Positions 1 through 10,525 of a stretch of DNA of 33,962 nt are shown here, in pieces. The position numbers and the translations under genes are program-made. Every line of letters starts with the position of its first letter. Positions within the stretch are counted from its first letter, which is position 1. The stretch is from Hydrurus foetidus (Eukaryota): NCBI GenBank assembly GCA_900617105.1, contig UYFQ01000120.1:1-33962 (forward strand), in the 5' to 3' direction. The notes beneath the pieces were generated by a model. The model was not told the origin of the DNA. It saw only the letters and a program-made list of their open reading frames with translations, and made no database searches.

Positions 1-1
1 A

Positions 2-1599
2 GCCATTGAGTCAGAGGTCAAATCACTACTGGCAAAGGGGACATTTTCAGGAGTCCACATGGAACAACTCACACCTACTCAGACAAAGAAGATCCTCCGT
101 TCGAACATGAATGTTGTGGAGAAATACCTTCCAACACTAAACTCGAATGGCGATCGCCAAATCGACAAGGTCAAGGCGCGCTTCTGTGTGGATGGGCGTG
201 CACAAGTCAGAGAGGACTATGCTGCAGATGAAGTTGAGTCACCAACAGCGAGCATAGCTGCTATATTTACAGTTGCACAGATTGCTGCTGCGGAAAACCG
301 TTTCATCATGGTCGGGGACGTTGGGTCCGCGTACCTCAACGCCAACATGCCTATGGATAAACCGGATAAAATCCTTCATATGTATATCGATAAGAATGTG
401 ACCGACGCCATCATCAAACAAGACAAATCTTTTTCGCCCTTCAGAAGACACAATGGAGGGTTGGTGGTGAGACTGGACAAAGCACTATACGGGTGTATTG
501 AGTCTGCTAAACTATGGTACAACGAGATAGCCGGAACCCTACGGTCAAATGGTTTCACGGCTAACCCGCGCGATATTTGCGTCTTCAACAAGGACATCAA
601 AGGCAACCAATTTACGATCCTAGTCTACGTAGACGATCTAAAGATGACATGCGTGGACAAGAAAGCGGTTCTTGACATGGAAAAGATTTTGTTGAAAACG
701 TACGGCCAATTCCGTACCACCCAAGAGCGCGTTCTACCGTACCTAGGTTGCATGTGGGATTACACTGAGCCTAGATTTGTAAAGGTAACACAGATCGGGA
801 TGATCCAAGATTTGATATCATCAAGGGAAAAAAGCCATGCCGAACGCGGTATGAAGCTCATCGGAGACCCATCATCACCGGGTGCCCCACACCTATTTGA
901 GCGGACCTTGGACTGCAAATTCCTGAATGAGAAAGACGCTAAAACCTTTCACACCGACGTTGCTACGGCGCTATACCTGGGGAACCGAACACGCCCAGAC
1001 ATTGTATTAGTGTTGGGTGAACTGTGCAAACGTGTAAAGGCACCGACAACAGAAGACGACAAGAAACTCGATAGGCTCATATGCTATCTGAGGGCTACTA
1101 GAGACAAGCCATTACGACTCGGTTGCACTTTGCCAATGACAGTCACAGTATCAATTGATGCTGCATTTGCTAACAGAAAGCAAATGAAATCAACCTCAGG
1201 AATGTGTGTCACATTAGGGGTGGGAATTTTATTTCGAGTTCCAAGGTCCAGAAGCTGAATTCCAAGTCAAGTACGGAGTCCGAGATCATTGCGGTTTCCG
1301 ACGGAATGAACATCCCGCTATGGCTTGCTGGTTTTATTGCATACCAAGGACATGGAAAACACCCAGTGAGGCTGGAACAAGACAATCAGTCATGCATCGC
1401 GCTGCTGAAAAAAGGTCGGTCTACCGCAGAGACCACCCGGTTTATTGAGGTACGACAATTCTGGATCTCAGACTACATCCGTATCGGTGCCGTAAACATT
1501 GTCTACGTGCCCACCGAGGATATGACATCCGATTACTACACCAAGCCACTACAAGGAACGATTTTTTCCAAGTTGGTGAAGAAAATTCTAGGAAATTAA
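2..1599 (+). CDS. pol: Ty1/copia pol, 3' part (reverse transcriptase + RNase H), 5'-truncated by the window edge; one 1-nt frameshift near 1224
   Basis: KARFCVDG, GDVGSAYLNA, LDKALYGCIESAKLWY, YVDD catalytic motif; RNase H IDAAFAN...SKSSTESE...DNQSCI...SDYYTKPLQG. ORFs 59-1258 and 1204-1599 join if one A is restored in GGGAATTTT (G-N-F-I-S-S-S-K). Confidence 0.95.
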
Positions 1600-1764
1600 G
1601 TACTTCACATTATTGACTTACAGTTGAGCTATTTTTTAAAACTTTTATTAGCAACAAAACTTGTATGATCACTATAGCTTACCATAGTTACAAACACGAT
1701 TTATGATTACATTTCTATGAAGAAATATGAATATGCCGCCTGAATGCTTGTGACATTAGGGGTG

Positions 1765-2170
1765 TGTTGGATATAGCATAGCTATCCCTATGGGGACAAT
1801 CCCTTTGGGGACAATCCCTTTGGGGGAATTCCCTTTGGGTAATATCATTCAAGCCCAAGCGGAGGAGCGAGGGTAGCGCTCACAGACCCGAGACCATCAC
1901 TCAAACTGTACTGAAAGTTGCAACTGATGATGACAGTGAACAGCCAACTGTAGCTAGTATAGCTAGCCATGAACTGCTATGTTTTGACACAATGAGCACT
2001 TCTAATTAAAAGAGACTATATGGCTGTGTGCCATTATACCTACACTAGAGTGAGCTGTTGAAGCGACCTTGGTCGACTAGCTGAAAGCAAAGTGTGTTCT
2101 GAACGAATCACTGCTATCATCCAGGTGCTTTGACTGGATCCAGGATCCAAAAGACAGCCTTATTCCAAGA
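1765..2170 (+). mobile_element. 3' LTR of copia-1
   Basis: Purine-rich TTAGGGGTG immediately before TGTTGGATAT (same junction as copia-2 at 28590-28608); ends TTCCAAGA, one mismatch from the inverted terminus TCCAACA. The partner LTR is outside the window, so the right boundary is inferred. Confidence 0.75.
1784..1843 (+). repeat. 4 x 15-bp tandem repeat (consensus ATCCCTTTGGGGACA) in U3 of the copia-1 LTR
   Basis: atccctatggggaca atccctttggggaca atccctttgggggaa ttccctttgggtaat read directly. Confidence 0.9.
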
Positions 2171-3248
2171 CTGTGTGTGATGCGTGATAGGCTACCGTTG
2201 TGATTTCCGGATAAAGATGAGATCCTTTATTCCTGTTCACACGTGTAATGTGCACAGTAGGAAGCTCCTATACTCGACAATTGTATATGGGGAAACGCCA
2301 GCTGTATCACACACTTCACTTCATTCAAAATAGGATTTTCAACCACACACATGTGTTCTTTTCTGGTAAAGGAAGAATTCCATTTGGTTGAAATTCTTTA
2401 TTTCAACCTCTGGGAAAAGTTAAGAGAGGGCAAATTTGACTGGTGGCAAATCTCGTGGGAGTAGTATGGTGGAAAATCAAGACGTCCCATTTAAAGGGTA
2501 CATTGTGGGCCTCTAAAACAGAGGGCCCACAGTGTATTTATCAGGCAATTCCAAGAATTTATCCGGTTTTATCTACACCAACTTTTCTTCTTCTCGTGGG
2601 ACTTTTGTCGACTACAGGAGCTTCCGACTGTACAGTAGAATACATGGACACGCATGTATCACCAGAACATAAGAAAGTTTAACATAGATTCAACCGGACG
2701 ACTTCGGGGTTCTCCCAAGCAGCATATTGAAACCAATTCCTGTCGTTCTAAGTAACCTCAAAAAGCAGGAGATGGAGCCGAATTGAGTGAGCGGTTCGCG
2801 TTCCTGAAAAAAAATTCAATAAGTATCTGTAAACATAACTGTCGTAACAACCGGTTGATAACAAAATGTCCATATGCATGTAACGCTGAAGAGATGATTC
2901 TGTGCTTGTTACTTATCATGAAACTATCTTGGAGACGAATTCTCCATGAACAAGTAACACCTAGTGCTGTGTTTAAGATATTTGCAGATGCTTTCCATAA
3001 TCCACAAAAGTTCCAGTGAAATTTTGATCTCTAAAAAAATTCCAGTTATTGGTGTCTATAGCCATGAAATCACTCGATTGAAACAGTCGAGAGACATTTA
3101 AGATCCCTCAAGTGAACCAAGCGGCATAATATTTTGTGTTCAATCCGGAAACCCTGTCCATAAACCCCACATTATAATGTGATTTTGAAGTAAGTGTGGA
3201 TTTCCAGTTTTAATTTTTTCAATATAACATAAGTCAAAATGTTGGGTG

Positions 3249-3444
3249 TGTGGCCCTGAAGGAACTAGGCTAGAGGGCTAGGAGGTGTTGGGTTAGGCTT
3301 ACAAAGGGGTTGTTGAACTATATATGAGCAGGGAAACATCCTACTAGGGTGCTAGGAGTCTACCTAGAAGTCTACAGTGTGTTTGGGTATGAACCCAAAC
3401 AGACGGAATGGGGTCCAAGGTCCCGAGGGCCCCAGACGGCTACA
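3249..3444 (-). repeat. 3' LTR of gypsy-1
   Basis: Minus strand TGTAGCC...GGCCACA, matches 10171-10366; preceded on the minus strand by PPT GTGGGGGTAG; internal 9-bp hairpin TGTTTGGGT-ATGA-ACCCAAACA at 3380-3401. Confidence 0.97.
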
Positions 3445-3501
3445 CTACCCCCACTTATTTTAACTAAAATTGAAATCAATTTTGAGAATGAATAAACTAG
3501 G

Positions 3502-3640
3502 CTAGCGCTTTTAGGAAGGGCAAGTAAACTAACGCTTCTTAAGGAAGAGTGAAAATGATTTTTTAGAAATGATTTTTATGATCTAAACTAACGCTTCAGA
3601 AGGAAGAGTAACTAAACTAGCGCTTCATAATGAAGGGCAA
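3502..3640. repeat. Four imperfect copies of an about 22-27-nt unit (AAACTARCGCTTC-N5-GAAGRG) in the gypsy-1 3' UTR
   Basis: Copies at about 3502-3523, 3526-3550, 3585-3609, 3614-3640. Confidence 0.8.
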
Positions 3641-3761
3641 CATTTTCAAAAATTAGATGACATTTTTTATTTCCTTTCAGAAATATGTATAAAACACCAT
3701 ACAATGTGTGAAAAGAAAGAAAAAAGGGGGGGTTGTGTGTAGAGTGTGTGTACTCGTGAAT

Positions 3762-3845
3762 GATTATGTCAGATTTGTACTGACTAACCTCCGTAAAAAA
3801 AAACTCAAGTAATTGAGGTAAAAAATATTTAGGAGTAATCTTCAA
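3762..3845 (-). other. Conserved structured 3' UTR element shared with gypsy-3
   Basis: GATTATGTCAGATTTGTACTGACTAA (3762-3787) versus GATTATGTCAGACTTTTACTGACTAA (31766-31791), 24/26 identical, GTCAG/CTGAC stem. Confidence 0.75.
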
Positions 3846-3855
3846 AAGATATCAT

Positions 3856-6800
3856 TCACGGTTCTTCCCTTGTATTGGGAGTCATATTTCGAAATTCTTT
3901 TGGAATAACGTGCAACATGTTGTTATTGCGCAGATACGTATGAAGTTGATCTGTGGCGCGCATGGACTTCCATGGTTCCCATGAATTATGGTTTGAATCG
4001 TAGTTCAACCATTTAACATAAAATTTCATTGTAGAAGGTTTCTTTTTATTTCCAACGTGGGAAACGATCTCTTCAATAAAAAATTCCATGTAGTCGCGAC
4101 GAGCTGTGTCAGTCGGTGATTGGGAAGTTGGGTTGAACCTAAACGGTTTCAACTGACTTGCATGAACATCACGATTTTTCTTCGTGATAAGATTTTTAAT
4201 AGTGTATTCACTTTTATCATAGCTTACAACAAGAAATGGGCCCAGCCACATACTGTGCAATCTAGTCTCAGCACCTCTAGGGTTGAGAGTGAGAACGTAC
4301 GAACCTATTGGAAAAATAGTTCTAGGTTCTGTATTAACGGCTACACGGTTAATATCTGTTGTCTTCAACTTATTTATCGCTAAATCGTTGAGTTGCGTTT
4401 GGATGAGCAGCATGTCTGCAATCACCTTCGACGAACGAGTCGGAACTTGTGTTTGATCTGGAAACCTAACAAGAATACCTCTATCAAGGTTTAGTTGGTT
4501 TCCAAACAGCAAGCTAGCTGGTGAAGCTCCCGTACTTGAATGTACGGAACTGTTGATAATTCTCTGCACGAAAGGCAGGCAAAGCCTGTAGGCTTCGAGA
4601 TTTGTAGAGTGGAATGTAAAAGCACGTAAGTGTCGATTAACTTCCTTATTAACTCTTTCCACTATAGCATTCTCCTGCTTTGAGTATGCCAAGGTTAAGT
4701 TGTGGGGGTCCCTGTACGGAGTAAGAACTCACGTATGATTTCATTCATGAAATGAGATCCACGATCCGATCGGATCATGCTTGGTGCACCAAATCTACCG
4801 AAGAATTGTAGAAGGCATTCACATGCACATTGTGCAGTGTTGTTAACACACCAGTAAAGCTCAGTCCATCTTGTGAATGAACAAATCATTACCAAAACAT
4901 ATCCATTATCCGGATACGGACCAATATAGTCGATGTTGACTGTGTCAAACGGTCTATAAGTAGACGTTGTGTATTTATGAATGTGAACAGGGATTTTGAT
5001 CACACTCATTTTTGGCAACATGCGCAATTGCGGATGAAGTCTCTAACATGGGATGTCATGTCGAGCCATTCCTCATCTATACTTGACAGTTTATCGAGGG
5101 TACGAGCAATGCCTCCATGTCCCACCATGGCATTATGGCACATCTCTATAGCTTCGAGTTGTAACTCGGTAACAGGTGCAACTTCATGTAGAGCTGATAT
5201 ATGAACATCAATTTCCTCCACTCTAGTAGGTGGGTCAAGAATCACCAACTGTGTTAAGTTAGGACATAACCGAGACAGTGCATCGGCAATGAAGTTCTTG
5301 GGTCCACTTATATAGGACACAGTGTAGTCTAGCTCTTGGAGAGCCATCGACCATCTATTTACCATTGCTGATGGATCTTGACCTAAGAAGGTTAAGTTCT
5401 TATGATCAGTATGGATGATAAATTTTCTATCTCTTATCAGAGAGTCAAGTTGTTTACAGCAAAAATATATTGCATAGGCCTCCTTTTGAATGGTAGACCA
5501 TTTAACTTGTGTTGCGCTAAGCGACTTACTCACAAATGAGATTGGATTCTTGACAGAATTAGTTACTTGGAATAATACTCCACCTACTCCGTAGTCAGAG
5601 GCATCGGTGTATAACTCGATGGGTGACACTTCGTCTAAGAAGTGTAGCAGCGGACAGCGGGATATGGCTTGTCTTATGAGAACAAAAGCCTTATCTGCTT
5701 CCGTAGTCCACTGAAGGGCTGACTTTTTCCTCCCTTTAGGGTCAATCATCCTCTGAAGGGGTGCAACGATGTCGGAATGAAAAGGAACAAAATTCCTGAA
5801 GTAATTCGCCAAGCCCAACAGACTTCGTAAAGAAGTAAGTGTCATGGGTTTTGGGAAATTTAGGACAGATTCAATCTTCTCTTTTGACATTGATATGCCC
5901 TGAGAAGAGATCTGTCTGCCAACATAATCGATCTGAGACATCCCAAATCTACATTTCTTTGCTTTAAGCAGTAAACCAAAACAGCGAAAACGTCGAAAGA
6001 CTCGTTCTAGTCTCTCCAGGAACTCGTCCTGGCCTCGTGCAAAAACGATACAATCGTCTAAGTACATCTCACAAGAAATGTAGATGAGTCCATTAAGGAC
6101 AATAGTCGCCATCATCTCTTGGAAGTAAGAGGGGGCTCTCCGAGGACCGAAGGGGAGTCTGGTGAATTGGTATACACCGCAATAACAAATGAACGCAGTC
6201 AGGACCTTGGATCCTTGATCCATAGGTGCCTGATGGTAACCAGAAGTTAAATCCATAACTCCGAATATGACTGGCTGTTGATGGCCGATTCTCTCAAAAG
6301 AGCTCGAATGTTCGGAAGCGGCCAGCTGGAAGCCTGTGTGCATTTGTTCAGATTTCGGTAGTCAATGCAAAATCTGAACAAGTCAGCTGTTCTCTGTACT
6401 ATGACAGGATGGCTATAATAAACCGCATTCGATTCCTCGATGACTCCCGAGTTCAACATCTCATCGATGGCACGTTTGATCTCTCGTTCTTTTCGAACTG
6501 ATTGGAGACGAACGGCTGTTCTATTTTTAGAACATTCCCAATCCCTTTTATTGACCTTTATAACAAAGGGGGAAGTCTAGCCGGTTTAACTGCTAGCTTA
6601 TCACTAAATATGTCTGCATATTTAAGACAGAGTTGTCTAATAAGAAATTGTTGGTGTTCCGTTCCATCAATTTTTATCTGTGACAAAAAGTCCTCTGGCC
6701 CTGGAGGCGGAGCAGTCTGCTGAACGCGTTCAGGTAAGAATGGGCGAAATGTATCCGTCTTATCATTATCTATCTCGTCAGAAGAGATTATGATACCACT

Positions 6801-9374
6801 AGGTGTTTCCACTGTAGTAGCTGTTGGAGTACCTTCTGGCATTTCACATAAATGTGCTAGGGTGTACGTACGAGTACGTATGACACCACTATGGTTTGAT
6901 ACATAGTTACAACTGTTACGCGTAGGTTCGACCCCAGCGGCGTTTGGTTGACTAGAGCATCCGACATCAGAACAGTTAGCGACTCTGTTTGAGTCTATTT
7001 TGTGATATGTCATGGTACTGTTACCAGAATGAGGACATACCAAATCATCCTTCTTGCCCACACATTCCGACGGAATGCACTCAGCAGATAAGAAAACTTT
7101 CATTCTTTCGAAGGAGTTCTCCATATTAGGCCTCCCTATTTCGTAGGGAGTCTTCTCGAAGAAGTCATATTTCTTAAGAGTTTTTCGACCCAAAATTAAG
7201 TCGATGGTGTTTGGAATAATCCGCACCGTTAAGAAAATGGTATTAATTAATAAATTATGGGTGACAAAAGTCATTCCAATATCAATTACTTGGTCCCTAA
7301 CATAACATGTGTTATCTAGACCCGAACATATAGTTAAAGCTTTAGAAGAAGTATAAACAAAATCTTGAGCATTTAAACTAATTACAAAATCTTGACTAAT
7401 AAAGTCGCCAGGGAGACTCCCGGTGTCGAGTAGGACCTTTGCCAGAACTCGTTCAGCCCTAAGGGTGGGATGGTGGTGGTTGTTGGGGCTGGTATGCACT
7501 TGGACCCGCACCCCGTCCTTGACTATACTTCGCTGATTAATAAAAATCCAGGAAGATAAGAAGTTAGAATCAATCTCTATTCTGGTTATAGAGGCTGCAA
7601 CAATAGCGTTTAAGGAAACAGATTTACCTTGTTTTCTGTTTCTGCGTGTTTCTGCGTACTGTGCATTGTTAGCGGGGTCGTGTTGACCGGGTAACGTAGG
7701 TACGGTAGCTCCTCCATTGTCAAAACGAGCACGCTTGTTGGGTAGTTGGAGCATCGAGTATCTAAACTCGGACACTGGTTTGACCAGGTAGCGGACAGCA
7801 TGGTTTGGTAGTTGGGCTCCATCATCATAAGCTTCGAAGCCATATGAATGCCACATCTTACCCGCTGTTGAATCTTTCCATTGAAGGTGGAGTTCACTAT
7901 GGTTGGCGTCTGTGCGAAACAGAACTGGACAGAGTCTGACTTCATGTCCAGTGTGACCGCATGAGCGACATGGGATTGGCGCTGGTTGCGGCAACAACTG
8001 AATTATTGATTCAGTTGTTGGTCTCCTCAGCACTGCTGCACTGGGTGAGGATGCATGTGCATGAGCATGTGCAGGTGCAGCAGAAGGTTGAGGGTTAGCT
8101 GGTGAGTTCGCCAGCGCTGACTTGAGGTAGACAGCGGCAGCGTACGAACGCTGTTCAGGGATTATCGGTGTTCTGGCCTGCCGAGTCTCCTGCTCCTGGT
8201 ATTTGCTAAACAGAGTATGAATAGCGGAGGTATCGCCATAATTAGCAACTCGTTCAACGAGCTTCCTAACATTGAAGATGCATTTACCAAGACGAGTGAA
8301 CGCTTGTTCCCACGTTTCGTTCGGTATAGGTTTACCCTCGTTGCCACGAGCCGCGAAATAGTCGCTTTTAAGCTGACTATCCGGTTTCAGTTTTTTCTCG
8401 ATCGTAACTATCAGTGCAGCATGCTGCGCCGGAGTGATCGGTTGGGTATTCTCATAGACCGTTGTTAACGCCTTGAGAGCCATGAAGGATTTTCTCTCAA
8501 TGTCTGCGTTGGTGTAACAGAAAGAGATTTCAAGTCGTGAGAAGTTCTCAACGAGTGTTCTACCAATATCATTTCTGTCGCCAAAGTATTTGGTTATGAT
8601 TTGGGCAGCCTGTTTGACTGTAACATGATTGTACCATGTTGAGTATTTGCTTGGAGAGATGAGAGTGAACTCTGGATCGCTCGCGAACGCATACTGTACC
8701 ACATAGGTGGCAGGGTTAACCACCACCTGGTGTACCAGGAAGTTCTCATGCCATTGATTGGCTTGGTTCTGAAACTGGGCAGCTTGTTCTCCAGTTATCT
8801 CTGGGGTATCAATGATGAATAACGGTTTCTGTAGGTTCAAACCGCCAGTCATTGTCTGCTTCAACGCCGTCGTAACCTGTTCCATATTGTACTGAGGGTT
8901 CGGTTGTGGGTTGGGTACTACGTCGATGACGACGGGCGAGAGAGGTATCTGTCTCTGTTGCTCACGTGGTTTCTCACGTGGTACTCCATCGCTAACGATG
9001 GGTGCGACTGCTGCGTTAAGCAGGGTAGGATCGGGAACGCGAGGTTCAGGAGTCCGCGGTACAGCAATGACGCTGGATGAGCTCGACGAGCTACTCGAAA
9101 TCGACGGTTCGGTTTCAACAAGTTCCTGAAAAGGACTTTGGGCGTCGTATGGAATCTCTCCACACTCTTCTAGATCAGTCAGATGTTGATCAGAAGGAAA
9201 GGATTCCATGTCCATATCTCCCTCATCAGGGTTATCATCCGCATATGAAGCGGGTAAATCAGAATTTTCTTCCAAAGTTGAATTCTCATACTCCGACTCC
9301 ATCAAGGGGTTTCTCCGCCTTGTTTGCGGGTTAGATCCACGCCGTAAAGGCTGAACAGGGTTCTTCTTCACCAT
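3856..9374 (-). CDS. gag-pol: gypsy-1 Gag-Pol polyprotein (Gag, CCHC knuckle, aspartic protease, RT, RNase H, integrase, chromodomain); split by four 1-nt deletions; frame also open upstream to 10076
   Basis: CRSCGHTGHEVRLC; LLDTGS; RFCIDYRNLN, DLTSGYHQ, LPFG, YLDD; TDASDYG, EAYAI, TDHKNL, ADALSR; HHCC zinc finger, IDYIGP, SDRGSHF, ENAIVERVN, WLGPF; chromodomain IEEIVSH...FYVKWLNYDSNHNSWEP. Confidence 0.95.
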
Positions 9375-10159
9375 AGGGTGAGTGTTTTCAGTCAATAATT
9401 CCACACGAAGTGTTGGAATTATATTCTGGAGATTTTCGTATAGAAAACTATCTCCCGACGCCTCGTAAGAAGCGTTTCCACGCTCAACGGGATATAACCC
9501 CGGAACGTTTTTCTCTCTAAGTGGATTGCTTAGGTTTGACTCGGTTTGTTGAACCGGTGTGAATGTCGACTTATAAGTTGGTCGAGTTTGCAAAACAGAA
9601 ACAGGCGTAACACTCAGAAATTCGTTGGTTTCCAACAAATTCGACAAGGTTTCGTGTTGAAACCTCGGTATACAGCGGAGCGAACTTGCTGGAAGTCGCT
9701 TCTCAACTGTTCTCGGTTTGAAAACCGGTCGACTTCGCTTAAAAGCTGAAGGTGCAGGGGTTACGCAAGAGAGTGCTGGGTGTGTGGAAGGAGTAGAGTA
9801 GTAATTAGAGGCGTTATAAAGCGATGAACTCGCGGTTTCTCTATCAAGAGAATGACGTAGGACTGTAGGAGCTACTGTCCACGGACGTGGGTCGGTGAAA
9901 GTTGATGGATTAGACGGAGGATTGTCAGGCGGACGATCTGGATCGTCGTCGGCGTAGGTAATCTCCGGAGTTGGGCAGCGGTTTTCGAGTTCCTCTCGAA
10001 TAGCACGTTGCTCCGCCAAAAACAATCGATCTCTGAGTAGAGGGAACTCTGGAAAGTCCTCTTCACGAGGGATTTCTTAAACTTTCCAGCGAAGCACTGG
10101 AAGACGGCGAAAAACACGAATGAACACTAGGAAACTATAGAAGCTGGTGGGAAGTGGGA

Positions 10160-10171
10160 AGTGACGTCACT
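10160..10171 (-). promoter_or_regulatory. Perfect 12-bp palindrome AGTGACGTCACT at the primer-binding-site position of gypsy-1
   Basis: Starts on the last A of the 5' LTR; no TGG-initiated tRNA-complementary PBS present. The function is inferred. Confidence 0.75.
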
Positions 10172-10366
10172 GTGGCCCTGAAGGAACTAGGCTAGAGGGC
10201 TAGGAGGTGTTGGGTTAGGCTTACAAAGGGGTTGTTGAACTATATATGAGCAGGGAAACATCCTACTAGGGTGCTAGGAGTCTACCTAGAAGTCTACAGT
10301 GTGTTTGGGTATGAACCCAAACAGACGGAATGGGGTCCAAGGTCCCGAGGGCCCCAGACGGCTACA
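10171..10366 (-). repeat. 5' LTR of gypsy-1
   Basis: Matches 3249-3444; TATATA-like box at about 10241-10247. Confidence 0.97.
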
Positions 10367-10525
10367 GTGTACCGGAATATTATACCGGAACCGCGTTATT
10401 TCTTCATTATTTCCGCCAATGTGTGTATCGTCTCAGCCGAGCGGCTCTCAGCTCTCAGCTGTTCTACATTAGTCTTCACTGAGCATTCCAGTGAACAACT
10501 TCGAAAAACAGTATATACTGTAACG

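Larger units (their letters stand above)
3249..10366 (-). mobile_element. Full-length Ty3/gypsy chromovirus-type LTR retrotransposon (gypsy-1)
   Basis: Two 196-bp LTRs with no differences found by eye, TG...CA ends, PPT at 3445-3454, domain order Gag-PR-RT-RH-IN-chromodomain. Confidence 0.97.

Noticed and set aside
1756..1764. TTAGGG telomere-like words before copia LTRs (also 28590)
   Set aside because: Single copies forming the polypurine tract
1924..1953. CTGATGA...GAACAGCCAACTGTA in the copia-1 LTR resembling a hammerhead ribozyme core
   Set aside because: GAAC instead of GAAA, no credible stem II or stem I
3502..3640. CRISPR-like appearance of hairpin repeats
   Set aside because: Irregular spacing, degenerate repeats, no cas genes, inside a eukaryotic retrotransposon UTR
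6558..6572. Programmed ribosomal frameshift between protease and RT
   Set aside because: Same 1-nt homopolymer signature as three other breaks inside RT and integrase, where programmed shifts are implausible; an error is more parsimonious
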